DNA from: Acaryochloris thomasi RCC1774
GTDB taxonomy: Bacteria > Cyanobacteriota > Cyanobacteriia > Thermosynechococcales > Thermosynechococcaceae
Direction of reading: 5' to 3'
Length of the DNA stretch: 32,000 bases
Assembly: GCF_003231495.1 (NCBI RefSeq)
Contig: NZ_PQWO01000006.1
Span: forward strand, 90,001-122,000
Notes under the pieces: model-generated
The model's input: the letters and a program-made list of their open reading frames with translations, nothing else
The model's database searches: none
Told to the model about the DNA's origin: nothing
Position numbers and translations under genes: made by a program
In this document: piece after piece, positions 1 to 8,903 of the stretch
Layout of the letters: every line of letters starts with the position of its first letter
Numbering within the stretch: the first letter of the stretch is position 1

Positions 1-244
1 CGCTCAGTGTTTGCTCACCTACAGCGACAATGGTATAGGTATTCAGCCAGAGAATCTGGAACGAATTTTTGAACCCTTTTTTACGACCACTCATCACAAA
101 GGCGGCAGTGGTTTGGGGCTTCATCTGGTCTACAACTTAGTGACGCAAAGTCTTCAGGGCTTGATCACGGTTACGAGTACTGTGGGAAGCGGTACGACTT
201 TCACGATTACGATGCCCCAAAAGTTGAAGGATAAAAAGCAGTAG
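1..244 (+). CDS. Sensor histidine kinase, C-terminal ATP-binding (HATPase_c) fragment; 5' end lies outside the window
   Basis: The frame of ORF 11..244 is open to the window edge. The translation contains DNGIGI (G1-like), FEPFFTT (F box) and GGSGLGL (G2 box). Confidence 0.8.
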   Translation, partial: AQCLLTYSDNGIGIQPENLERIFEPFFTTTHHKGGSGLGLHLVYNLVTQSLQGLITVTSTVGSGTTFTITMPQKLKDKKQ

Positions 245-278
245 TTTCTGTCTTCCACGGTGACTTCCAAATACTTCT

Positions 279-1568
279 ATGAAAATTGCCCTCATTAGTT
301 CAGGATTTTTACCGGTTGTTGATGGTGTATCTGTTGCGATCGCAAACCGTCTACAGCAGCTCAGTCGCCAAGGTCATTCTGTCTTATTACTGGTTCCCGA
401 TTACGCGGCTCTGGGGCAGACTTATCCCGATTGGCAAACCCACGTGGGTTCAATTCTGCCCAATGTGAAAGTGGTGCCTTTAGAAAGTAATCCGGCCCTG
501 GGCCTCGCCTTTGAGCGAGATGTCAAACCCAAAGCCTATCGAACTGTGCTCGCTGAGCTGGGGGCTTTTGCACCTGACATCATCCATGTCGATGAACCCG
601 AAAGGCTCTCTTTTTGCTTGCTTAAAAAGCCAGGAATTGCCTATGCACGCCAGCACAATATTCCCTGTGTGGGCTTTTTTCATACCCACTATATTGACTA
701 CATCGATGACTATGTAACCTGCCCTAAGATTTTTACTGCAGGTATCCAAGCACTCTTCAAAGTTCTGTTCGCTTGGATATATAACAGCTATGATGCCACT
801 CTGGTTGCCAGCCCTACAACCTACCAAGCCGTCTGCCGGATGGGGATTCGCAATGCGGTGCAGGATGATTTTTTAGGGTTCGATGCTCCTAGCTTTTGGG
901 CCGTTCAACGTCAGCCTCATTTTTTTGAGCAAACCTATGGGCTCAAGAATCTTGAAAACACCGTCAGGCTGGTATTCGTGGGTCGCCTCACACCGGATAA
1001 AGGCTGGGGCTTTACCTGCCACGCCGCTCGACAGCTAATCAAGGCAGTGAATCCTGCTGATGTTTCCCTAATCATTGTCGGCGACGGTCCACTTAGAGAA
1101 TCTCTTGAACAGGATTTAGGCTCACTTTTCACTCACGTTCATCTTCTGGGGCGCATTCCACCCCAGCAGATGCCTGCACTACTGGCGAATAGCGATATCC
1201 ACGTGACTGCCTCAGCGAAAGAAACGACGGGGTTAACGGTTCTAGAGGCGAGTGCATCTGGAATCCCGATACTGGCACCCCGAGCAGGCGGCGTTGTTGA
1301 CTATATCTACGATGGTCAAACAGGTTTCTTGTTCAATCCACAGGACCCAGAAGACTTTGTGCAAAAGCTTCGGTTTCTGATTGAGAATATGACTGTTCGG
1401 CAGGCGATGGGAGCCGCTGGCAAAGATCATGTCATCCCATACAGTTGGGAGCAGGCCGTCGAGAGATTATTGATATTTTGGCAAACAAAAATTTCTGAGC
1501 GTACACGAGAGAAGTTCCAGACCACTCTGCATTCGCCCCCCCAGCCCCCTGAGTCTGGAGGGAGTTAG
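279..1568 (+). CDS. Glycosyltransferase, GT-B fold family 4 (Glycos_transf_1 type)
   Basis: 429-aa ORF. The N-terminus MKIALISSGFLPVVDGVS is typical of GT4 enzymes. The C-terminal half has the E-x7-E motif (ETTGLTVLE) followed by GIPILAPRAGG. Confidence 0.85.
   Translation: MKIALISSGFLPVVDGVSVAIANRLQQLSRQGHSVLLLVPDYAALGQTYPDWQTHVGSILPNVKVVPLESNPALGLAFERDVKPKAYRTVLAELGAFAPDIIHVDEPERLSFCLLKKPGIAYARQHNIPCVGFFHTHYIDYIDDYVTCPKIFTAGIQALFKVLFAWIYNSYDATLVASPTTYQAVCRMGIRNAVQDDFLGFDAPSFWAVQRQPHFFEQTYGLKNLENTVRLVFVGRLTPDKGWGFTCHAARQLIKAVNPADVSLIIVGDGPLRESLEQDLGSLFTHVHLLGRIPPQQMPALLANSDIHVTASAKETTGLTVLEASASGIPILAPRAGGVVDYIYDGQTGFLFNPQDPEDFVQKLRFLIENMTVRQAMGAAGKDHVIPYSWEQAVERLLIFWQTKISERTREKFQTTLHSPPQPPESGGS
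336..343. repeat. HIP1 (GCGATCGC) highly iterated palindrome; first of at least 19 copies
   Basis: Copies read at 336, 2153, 3116, 8270, 9053, 10718, 12816, 15590, 19957, 20320, 21258, 21536, 22622, 23348, 25884, 27095, 27254, 28652 and 30983. Many are in the extended form TGCGATCGCA. Confidence 0.9.
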
Positions 1569-1575
1569 CGATACG

Positions 1576-3444
1576 CTAGCGAATGGCGGCGTTTAAGAAG
1601 GGTGGAATAGGGCAGCCGAGGGCAATCACAGTCCCTCGCAGTAGCTCTGCTTCTTCTACGGTGACGGTTCCGTCTAGCATCACGGTATAGGAACAGGCAT
1701 CCACTAAGGCTTTTTTCAGTTGTGGTGTGGTGTGGGCTAGCCGCTTGAGGCTTTCAATAAATTGCCTAAAGTTGTTGGGCTTGAGCTGATCAGGGATAGT
1801 GTGCTGATTGGCACCGGGGAGTCGGAACAAACCACAGCGGAGGGCATAGGTACAGGTATCGGGAATGTCATGACCGGCGCTGGCTAGGTGGGAAAGCACG
1901 GTGACGCTATCTGCCCAAATTTGATCGAGGGTGGTGTAGAGAACGGACGAATCGGGAGCTGCACCGAAGTGAGGCTGGAGTCGTCGCTCTAAAATGATCT
2001 GCAGGACGCTCTCTGATAAAGAAAGATGACCGTCGGCCTGCGTGAGCTGCTGGACCTGTTGGCAAAATTTTGTCCACTCTGAGTTTGTGCTGCGGCGAAG
2101 GGCTGGGATCGTGAGTTCAATTAGGGGCAGGTGGGTTCTGGGATCTAGAGTTGCGATCGCATCCCCATACTCAGTCACAGCTTTCACCACATCTGCAGGC
2201 TCAGTTTGTCGTAGTCCCTGGAGCTGCTGCTCACGCACCGCACTGTCTTCATCTAGCAGCAGGGCATAAACAATAGCCGCTGAGAGATGCTGGTACTTCA
2301 CAGCTTTCTTGAGGTTGCGGGGGAGTTTTTCTAAGAGCGATTGAGTATAGGCCAAATGCTCTGGCGCTGCCGTCCCGACCTGCTCTACCACCTGCTCTGG
2401 TGCCATCTTGATTGCAGGCTGCCCCTGCTGAAAGCCCATAACTGCCTCTGAAGCGACTGCTGCCTGGGTAGAAGATGGAGCTGATCTGCGACGGGATGGC
2501 GTCTCGACCGCTATCCCTAATCGTTGAATGCGAATGTCTAGAGGAGGATGCGTTGCCAACATCTCAGACAGCGAGACACGACCCACAGAGTTACTAAAGA
2601 ACATATGGCTCGCAGCTTCCGCCTGAGGCGACCTTAATCGAGAGGTAGAGTCACTGATTTTGAGCAGAGCATTACCAATTCCCTGGGGATCTCGGGTGAA
2701 CTGGACGGCAGAAGCATCTGCTAAGAATTCGCGCTGACGGGAAACCGCACTCTTAATCAAGCGGCCCATCAGTAGCCCAATGCTGCCCACTGCCATCAGC
2801 GCGAATCCCAACATTCCACCTGCATTTTTAGAATGGCTGGAGTAACTTTCGGCTCGTAGCAGCACCCGACCACTCAGATAGATGATCAGAATGCCATGCA
2901 GAATGCCCATGAGCCTGATATTTAGACGCATGTCTCCATTGAGAATATGGCTAAACTCATGGGCAATGACGCCCTGTAGCTCATCTCGGGAGAGTTCGTC
3001 TACGCAACCCCGCGTCACGCCAATTACAGCATCATTGACGGTTTTGCCTGCCGCAAAGGCATTGATACCCCGCTCTCTGTGCAAAAGATAGACCGACGGT
3101 ACTGATATACCCGATGCGATCGCCATCTCTTCAACGACGTGCAGTAACTTTTGCTCGCCGGGGTCAGTCGTACGCGGTAGAACCAAGACGCCTCCCAAAC
3201 CCTCAGCGACAACCTGACCACCCTGCCGTAGCTCCAAAGTCTTCTTAAGACTGCCAAAGCCAATCATCCCGATCACCCCGCAGGAGACAATGCTAAGAAC
3301 GAGTGGTGACCATAGCGCTAGCTTAAATATGGCAATAATCGCCAGGTAAAGAGCCGCAATCATCGCTAATATCGCAAAGATATACAGCACCAATAGCCGC
3401 TGGGTAATGCGGCGAGCCTGGTCTTGGTTCTCGAAGAAATTCAT
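1576..3444 (-). CDS. M48-family (HtpX-like) zinc metallopeptidase with a long C-terminal extension
   Basis: N-terminal TM helices, the HExxH motif (HEFSHILNGD) and the downstream REFLADASAV motif match the M48 family. About 300 extra C-terminal residues contain two DG-x-h-s-x-x-E helical modules (QADGHLSLSESVL, LDGTVTVEEAELL) that resemble TerB-like folds. The gene starts 6 nt downstream of lemA on the same strand. Confidence 0.85.
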   Translation of the reverse strand: MNFFENQDQARRITQRLLVLYIFAILAMIAALYLAIIAIFKLALWSPLVLSIVSCGVIGMIGFGSLKKTLELRQGGQVVAEGLGGVLVLPRTTDPGEQKLLHVVEEMAIASGISVPSVYLLHRERGINAFAAGKTVNDAVIGVTRGCVDELSRDELQGVIAHEFSHILNGDMRLNIRLMGILHGILIIYLSGRVLLRAESYSSHSKNAGGMLGFALMAVGSIGLLMGRLIKSAVSRQREFLADASAVQFTRDPQGIGNALLKISDSTSRLRSPQAEAASHMFFSNSVGRVSLSEMLATHPPLDIRIQRLGIAVETPSRRRSAPSSTQAAVASEAVMGFQQGQPAIKMAPEQVVEQVGTAAPEHLAYTQSLLEKLPRNLKKAVKYQHLSAAIVYALLLDEDSAVREQQLQGLRQTEPADVVKAVTEYGDAIATLDPRTHLPLIELTIPALRRSTNSEWTKFCQQVQQLTQADGHLSLSESVLQIILERRLQPHFGAAPDSSVLYTTLDQIWADSVTVLSHLASAGHDIPDTCTYALRCGLFRLPGANQHTIPDQLKPNNFRQFIESLKRLAHTTPQLKKALVDACSYTVMLDGTVTVEEAELLRGTVIALGCPIPPFLNAAIR

Positions 3445-3450
3445 GGGGGC

Positions 3451-4095
3451 TTAGAACGAAATTTGAGGTGCGTTCTGCATTTCTGGCGTAGCGATATCTA
3501 GCAGCTGAGCCGCCTGAAAGTTAAAGGTGTTCGCAATCAGACTACTTGGGAACACTTCGCGCTGTGTGTTGTAGAGTGTCACGCCGTCATTAAAAGCCTG
3601 TCGCGCGAAGGAAATGCGATTTTCCGTCGAGCGTAACTCCTCTGAGAGTTCAGACATCGATTTCTCCGCCTTTAGATCAGGGTAGGCTTCTGAAAGGGCA
3701 AAGAGCTTGCCTAGCGTACCGCCTAACGCCGCCTCTGCAGCCCCTAGCTGCGCCATTGCCTGCGGATCACCGGGTGCCTGAGCCGCCTGACGACTCGCGC
3801 TCATGGCTGAATTGCGGGCCTGAATGACAGCCTCTAGCGTCTCCCGCTCATGCTTCATGTATCCCTTAACCGTTTCCACGAGGTTAGGAATTAGGTCATA
3901 GCGACGTCTAAGCTGGACATCAATTTGGGCATAGGCGTTTTGGTAGCGATTCCGCAGTGTCACCAAACGGTTGTAAGCGTTGATCACAATCATGATCAAC
4001 ACTGCCGCAAAAACAACAAGAATAATCAGAATACCCATAGCAAGGATTAAAAACCGGACAAATTGAGGACATCTACTGCTATATAGTTCCCGCAT
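3451..4095 (-). CDS. lemA: LemA family protein
   Basis: N-terminal TM helix followed by YNRLVTLRNRYQNAYAQIDVQLRRRYDLIPNLVETVKGYMKHE, the LemA signature region. The true start may be an internal Met (MGILIIL). Confidence 0.9.
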   Translation of the reverse strand: MRELYSSRCPQFVRFLILAMGILIILVVFAAVLIMIVINAYNRLVTLRNRYQNAYAQIDVQLRRRYDLIPNLVETVKGYMKHERETLEAVIQARNSAMSASRQAAQAPGDPQAMAQLGAAEAALGGTLGKLFALSEAYPDLKAEKSMSELSEELRSTENRISFARQAFNDGVTLYNTQREVFPSSLIANTFNFQAAQLLDIATPEMQNAPQISF

Positions 4096-4415
4096 TCTGT
4101 CTTCAAATCACTTTTGAATCCAGTCTTCTTTGGCTAATAGGGAAAGAGAAGAGGCAGAAATAACATCAAAGTCTCTGTCTAAAAAGCTCAGGCGTTTGTT
4201 CTACTAAATTCTATGAATTTCCACTTGTCATATTCCCCGAGTCCCTAATTTTGCCCCTACTTTGACGGGGTGATTGGACTGACATGCTGGGTGAGCGTGA
4301 TTAAGCTTGGAAATGAGACAAGTAAGAGTCTTGCGTGCACAGGCAAGTTGACCAAGACACCTACAAAGCCAGCTTTGGTCTATCGTCTCTAACCCGACTG
4401 TTGGAGAAAGAACCC

Positions 4416-6017
4416 ATGAAACCCAACCTTGTAAGAACAACCGCACTCATTATCGGATTTGGAGTCATTAGCGCCATTTCCCCAGCTAAAGCTAGTCTTT
4501 CTCCTCAAAGTCTTGAAAACCAAGAGGAAAAAGCTTCGCTAGTGGTGGCACAGGCCACTAAAAAGCTTTCACCTGAACAGAAGAAGCGAAGAGCAGAGAA
4601 GCTCCGACGGCAGCGTCAAAAGAAGGCCAATGCACGCAAGCAGCAATCTCGGCAAAGACGACAACAGAATGCGAGTCAACGCCAGTCCAAGCGCCAAGCA
4701 GCGCAAAACCGTAGACAGCAACAAAATGCTGCAGAACGTCAGCGGAAGCTAAAGGCAATTCAAAAGCGACGACAGCAGCAAAATGTAGCTGAACGCCAGC
4801 AAAAGTTAAAGGCGATTCAAAAAAAGAAAGCCATAGAGCTGCAAAAAAAACAGAAGCAAAACGCGATTGAGCGTCAGCGGAAGCTAAAGGCGGTCCAGAA
4901 GCGGCGGCAGCAGCAAAATGCAGCTCAACGCCAGCAAAAGTTAAAGGCGGCTCAAAGACAGAAGACTATAGAGCTGCAAAAAAAGCAGAAGCAAAACGCG
5001 ATTGAGCGTCAGCGGAAGCTAAAGGCGGCTCAAAAGCGTCGGCAGCAGCAAAATGTAGCTGAACGCCAGCGAAAGCTAAAGGCGATTCAAAAAAAGAAGG
5101 CCATAGAGCTGCAAAAAAAGCAGAAGCAAAACGCGATTGAGCGTCAGCAGAAGTTAAAGGCGGTCCAGAAGAAACAGCCGCTTAATACCGTTAAACGCCG
5201 ACCCAAGCGCAAAGGTATTAAGGTGCAGCAGGCACGCCAACGGAAGCTACAGACAATCAAGAAAAACAACAAAAATCGGAAGCAGCTTCAGCCTGAGCGT
5301 GCATATAAACAACGGGCGATTCAAAAGCAACACCAGGATGCTCTTTGGAAGCAGCAGCGAAAGCATAAGGCCCACAGGCATTACAAGCGCTTGCAGGCCC
5401 AACGACGGAAGCAGCTTGCGTATCGCAAATATAAGCAAGACCATTATGATCGCCAGCTTACTCAGCAGCGATTAGCGTGGCAGCGAAAGCGTAGGCGCTA
5501 TCACCAGAGATGGCTAAAACAACAGAGACGAATTGAACAGGAACGTCGGCTAGATCGCATTGAAGCTCGACAGCGTAGAATCTACCGCAACTACGTCAGC
5601 AACTATAATCGCGATTATTGGAGGGACGCCACTTGGCGCAACCGTGACTACTGGGGCAATCGCGATTACTGGAGAGAGTCGGGCTATTGGCACGAGCGCG
5701 ACTACTGGCGGCAGCGTGGATATGTTTGGGACGATGTGTTGGCGAGACTCCTGCCTCGGTTAGTGGTTGGGTTGGTACAGGGAAACGTCAGCTCTGGTAA
5801 CTCTCCCTATCAATCAGCTGGCACTCTGTACAATCAGGGACCAGATATTCTCTCTTACAACGATTTGAGTCAGGCTTCTTGTGAACCGGGCAATGTTGTT
5901 ATCTTGTTGCCCAATCAGCAGGTCATGTGTGCTTATCCCACAGATTCCTATGTGCCTGGAACCTATCAAACAGCCGATTCTGACCTAGGCTTGATTCCTG
6001 CTGATGTTGAATATTAA
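4416..6017 (+). CDS. Secreted, extremely basic Q/K/R-rich tandem-repeat protein with an RDYW repeat block and a small C-terminal two-Cys domain; function unknown
   Basis: The ORF track starts at GTG 4335. ATG 4416, preceded by GGAGAAAG, gives a classical signal peptide (MKPNLVRTTALIIGFGVISAISPAKA/S). About 350 residues are composed almost only of Q, K, R, A, N, E, L and I. Five RDYW-like repeats follow, then a non-repetitive tail (SCEPGNVVILLPNQQVMCAYP). Confidence 0.7.
   Translation: MKPNLVRTTALIIGFGVISAISPAKASLSPQSLENQEEKASLVVAQATKKLSPEQKKRRAEKLRRQRQKKANARKQQSRQRRQQNASQRQSKRQAAQNRRQQQNAAERQRKLKAIQKRRQQQNVAERQQKLKAIQKKKAIELQKKQKQNAIERQRKLKAVQKRRQQQNAAQRQQKLKAAQRQKTIELQKKQKQNAIERQRKLKAAQKRRQQQNVAERQRKLKAIQKKKAIELQKKQKQNAIERQQKLKAVQKKQPLNTVKRRPKRKGIKVQQARQRKLQTIKKNNKNRKQLQPERAYKQRAIQKQHQDALWKQQRKHKAHRHYKRLQAQRRKQLAYRKYKQDHYDRQLTQQRLAWQRKRRRYHQRWLKQQRRIEQERRLDRIEARQRRIYRNYVSNYNRDYWRDATWRNRDYWGNRDYWRESGYWHERDYWRQRGYVWDDVLARLLPRLVVGLVQGNVSSGNSPYQSAGTLYNQGPDILSYNDLSQASCEPGNVVILLPNQQVMCAYPTDSYVPGTYQTADSDLGLIPADVEY
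4716..5172 (+). repeat. 135-bp (45-codon) in-frame tandem repeat, about 3.4 copies
   Basis: The string CAGAAGCAAAACGCGATTGAGCGTCAGC recurs at 4851, 4986 and 5121, exactly 135 bp apart. A more diverged copy starts near 4716. Hand comparison of copies 2 and 3 gives roughly 15 mismatches in 135 nt. Confidence 0.85.
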
Positions 6018-6104
6018 TTAGCATCAGCGCGATATTAAGAACGGGGGCTGCGATCAGCGAAAGATATTCTTAGAAGGTGATCTGACTTTTCTGAATATCT
6101 AACC

Positions 6105-6818
6105 ATGCTAGGGTGTGGACAACGCATGGGGATCAATTCGCAATGGTGTCGCAACCCCCAATACTTATATTCGAGTGAGGTGGACTCTCCCGTGAGTGAT
6201 GGGCAACTGATGGCCGATAGCACCCTCCAGTTTCGCTGGATTGTCACGCTCAAGGAAAATTTAGAGATTCTGTTCGCCCAGCAATCTGACGTCTTTATTG
6301 CCGGAGATCTTTTATGGTATCCCGTAGAAGGCGATCATGAGCGTTGCCAAGCGCCAGATACGATGGTGGTTTTTGGTCGGCCCAAGGGTGAGCGCCGCGC
6401 TTATGAACAATGGGAAGAAATGGATATGCCGCCTCAGGTGGTGTTTGAGATTTATTCCTACAGCAATACTGTCAAAGAGATGACTCGTAAGCTCTTGTTC
6501 TATCAAGAGTTTGGGGTAGAAGAGTATTACGTGTACGACCCAGAGAAAAATGAACTCATGGGTGCAATTCGCAAAGAAAATACTTTGACAGAAATCGTAC
6601 AGATGCAGGGCTGGACCAGTCCTCGTTTAGGGATTCATTTTGAGATTACACCAGAGGCATTGGAAGTCTATACACCCAACGGAGAGAGATTCCTGACGCC
6701 CGTTGAGTTGGCCAGTCAGCGGGACCAAGAACGTCAGCGGGCTGATCAAGAGCATGATCGAGCGGAACGTTTAGCTAAGCGTCTGCAGGAAATGGGCGTA
6801 GATCCAAGCTCAATCTGA
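6105..6818 (+). CDS. Uma2 family (DUF820) putative endonuclease with a C-terminal coiled-coil tail
   Basis: SDGQLMADSTLQFRWI, then PDTMVVFG, PPQVVFEIYS and EFGVEEYYVYDP, match the PD-(D/E)xK-type Uma2 pattern that is abundant in cyanobacteria. The tail is charged (RDQERQRADQEHDRAERLAKRLQE). The start may be an internal Met. Confidence 0.8.
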   Translation: MLGCGQRMGINSQWCRNPQYLYSSEVDSPVSDGQLMADSTLQFRWIVTLKENLEILFAQQSDVFIAGDLLWYPVEGDHERCQAPDTMVVFGRPKGERRAYEQWEEMDMPPQVVFEIYSYSNTVKEMTRKLLFYQEFGVEEYYVYDPEKNELMGAIRKENTLTEIVQMQGWTSPRLGIHFEITPEALEVYTPNGERFLTPVELASQRDQERQRADQEHDRAERLAKRLQEMGVDPSSI

Positions 6819-7084
6819 GATCGGTCTCGCTTAAACGTGGCTCAACTATCTCTGTATATAGAGAGCAGGGCTGGCGTCAGAGGTGCGCACCAAAATATTT
6901 AAAGAGCTATTGTGGGGCTTAAAATGAGAGTCTTGTGCGTGGCTAGGCGACGTTACGTTCGCTGTCCTGAGTGTTGATCGATACCGAGTGCCTGCTTCAG
7001 TGCCTCATCAGTTTTATTCTCCCAGTCTGGATCCGAGATTTTGATTGTTACTTCGGGCGATCGGGTTCTAATCGGTTCATCTTG

Positions 7085-7426
7085 CTAGCTGGTGTAGTGT
7101 TCTGCTAGTTGTATCCAGAAACAGAATGATTGATCACCTGAGCTATCATGGCTTGCCACTTCTGACTCGATTTGCGTTCGCAGATCCTTGTTTGCTACGG
7201 ACCATGCATCAATTAGAACCATTCCATTTGATTCGTAGGTTTTACCTACCACGATTGTTCCATCGCTGTGGAGTTTGACTACGGCCTCAATGACAGCATT
7301 GATACTGTCTGACTCGATTCGAGCTGGGTTCTGTAATCTCGCGATCTGTACCATCCAGCCAAAATAGAGAATGTCATCTTCCATTTGACTTTTGATTTCA
7401 TCGATGAGTTGTTGATCAATGTTCAT
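7085..7426 (-). CDS. Hypothetical small acidic protein (113 aa)
   Basis: Clean ATG-initiated ORF, divergent from the SWIM operon across a 139-bp intergenic region. I recognised no motif. Confidence 0.5.
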   Translation of the reverse strand: MNIDQQLIDEIKSQMEDDILYFGWMVQIARLQNPARIESDSINAVIEAVVKLHSDGTIVVGKTYESNGMVLIDAWSVANKDLRTQIESEVASHDSSGDQSFCFWIQLAEHYTS

Positions 7427-7565
7427 GAATACTTCGATCTTTCAACATCAAGCCAGATAATGTCTAAATTAGGCGATGCCACACAACTCGCTATGCATTG
7501 ATGTGTAGTCGTTCTATAACCCTCAAGGCATACTGGTTGTAAGTTAGCTCATTAATTTTGCCTTA

Positions 7566-8903
7566 ATGCCGATCACCTGGACAACTGAACAAGTCCTTGC
7601 GCTTTCTCCAGATGCAAACTCGACCAAAAACGGTAAGAGTCTTGCTAATCTCAGCAAATGGCAAACCCTTGGCTGCACTGACAATGTCACCTGGGGCGAA
7701 TGCAAAGGCAGCGGCAAGAAGCCCTACCGTACCCAAATTGACCTGACAGAACCCGCCTTCCGCTGTAGCTGCCCGAGTCGAAAGTTCCCTTGCAAACACG
7801 CCTTGGCTCTCTTTCTGTTACTGGCAGGACAAGTGGACTCCTTTACAGAGCATAGTCCCCCCGACTGGGTGCAAGAGTGGTTAGGGAAAAGATCTCAAAC
7901 CACCCAAAAGAAACAAGAAAAACAAACTGCTACTCTTACCGACCCCGCTGCCCGAGCCAAGCGAGCGGAAAAGCGAGAAGCAAAGATCCAGGCGGGACTC
8001 GTTGATCTTGATCTGTGGTTGCGAGACCTAATTCGTCAAGGGCTCGCAACCGCTCAGAGTCAGCCCTACAGTTTTTGGGATCAGCCTGCAGCCCGAATGG
8101 TAGATGCCCAAGCCCCAGCGCTTGCCCGCCGCCTGCGAGAGATGGCAAGCCTGCCCCACGGCAGTACCAGTTGGCCCAGTCGATTGTTGGCGGAACTCGG
8201 TCAACTACATCTCTTGATTCAGGGCTATCAGCGGCAAGAGACTTTGCCCGAGGTTGTTGTGGAAGAGTTGCGATCGCAACTCGGCTGGACTCAAAAACAA
8301 GAGGAGCTGCTAGCGACTGCAAAACAACCCAAATCAGGCATTGAAACTGTTCGCGATACCTGGTCAGTCCTGGGGCTACGAACCTTTGAAGAAGATAACT
8401 TGAGGGTGCAGCGAGTTTGGCTACAGGGGAGTCAGGGGCGATCTGCCTTAATCCTCAGCTTTGCCTATGGCTCCAATCCCATAGATGTCAGCTTGATTCC
8501 AGGTACGGCGCTAAAGGCCGATCTGGTTTTTTATCCGGGACTGTATCCTTTACGAGCGCTGGTACAAAATCGCGGTGAAGCAAAATCCTTTTCGACGGGG
8601 CACGGTGCTACCGTTGCCGACGCGATGACGGCCTACGGCAGTGCGATGGCTCAAAACCCTTGGTTGCTAGAGTTCCCGTTGCTGTTGCAAGATGTTGTCC
8701 CTTGTCTCCAGGACTCTGAATTATATCTACGAGATCTCGATGGGCATCAGCTTTCCGTGAGCTCGTCCTTCACCAAACAATGGGAAATGCTCGCCTTCAG
8801 TGGTGGACATCCCCTTACGCTCATGGGGGAGTGGAATGGACAAACGTTATTTCCTTTGAGCGTGTGGGCTGAAGATCGCTTTATGGCATTGGGGGCGCAA
8901 TGA
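7566..8903 (+). CDS. SWIM zinc-finger domain protein
   Basis: CxC-x7-CxH SWIM signature (FRCSCPSRKFPCKHALALFLL) near residue 66. The N-terminus MPITWTTEQVLALSPD...WGECKGSGKKPYRTQIDL is as I recall for SWIM proteins of MoxR-associated clusters. The stop overlaps the next start (ATGA at 8900-8903). Confidence 0.85.
   Translation: MPITWTTEQVLALSPDANSTKNGKSLANLSKWQTLGCTDNVTWGECKGSGKKPYRTQIDLTEPAFRCSCPSRKFPCKHALALFLLLAGQVDSFTEHSPPDWVQEWLGKRSQTTQKKQEKQTATLTDPAARAKRAEKREAKIQAGLVDLDLWLRDLIRQGLATAQSQPYSFWDQPAARMVDAQAPALARRLREMASLPHGSTSWPSRLLAELGQLHLLIQGYQRQETLPEVVVEELRSQLGWTQKQEELLATAKQPKSGIETVRDTWSVLGLRTFEEDNLRVQRVWLQGSQGRSALILSFAYGSNPIDVSLIPGTALKADLVFYPGLYPLRALVQNRGEAKSFSTGHGATVADAMTAYGSAMAQNPWLLEFPLLLQDVVPCLQDSELYLRDLDGHQLSVSSSFTKQWEMLAFSGGHPLTLMGEWNGQTLFPLSVWAEDRFMALGAQ

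Noticed and set aside
4335-4415. GTG start at 4335 for the Q/K/R protein, and the antisense ORFs 4228..4446, 4558..4758 and 5247..5444
   Set aside because: ATG 4416 has a Shine-Dalgarno-like GGAGAAAG and yields a canonical signal peptide. The antisense ORFs are low-complexity shadows of the purine-rich repeat.
4716-5172. Possibility that the regularly spaced 135-bp repeats form a CRISPR-like array
   Set aside because: The repeats are contiguous with no unique spacers, are 135 bp long, and lie in frame within a long ORF. They are a coding tandem repeat.
6953-7084. 43 further sense codons (QDEPIRTRSPEVTIKISDPDWENKTDEALKQALGIDQHSGQRT) in frame after the TAG stop of the 113-aa gene, suggesting read-through or a nonsense mutation
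   Set aside because: An open stretch of 43 codons has a chance probability of the order of 10 percent, and there is no start codon or recognisable motif. It would be worth a look only if homologues turn out to be about 156 aa long.
7936-8344. 128-aa minus-strand and 109-aa plus-strand ORFs inside the SWIM gene. Similar internal ORFs occur at 9051-9657, 9931-10352, 10479-10827 and 11218-11613.
   Set aside because: These are alternative-frame shadows in G+C-rich coding sequence. The long frames carry the recognisable motifs.
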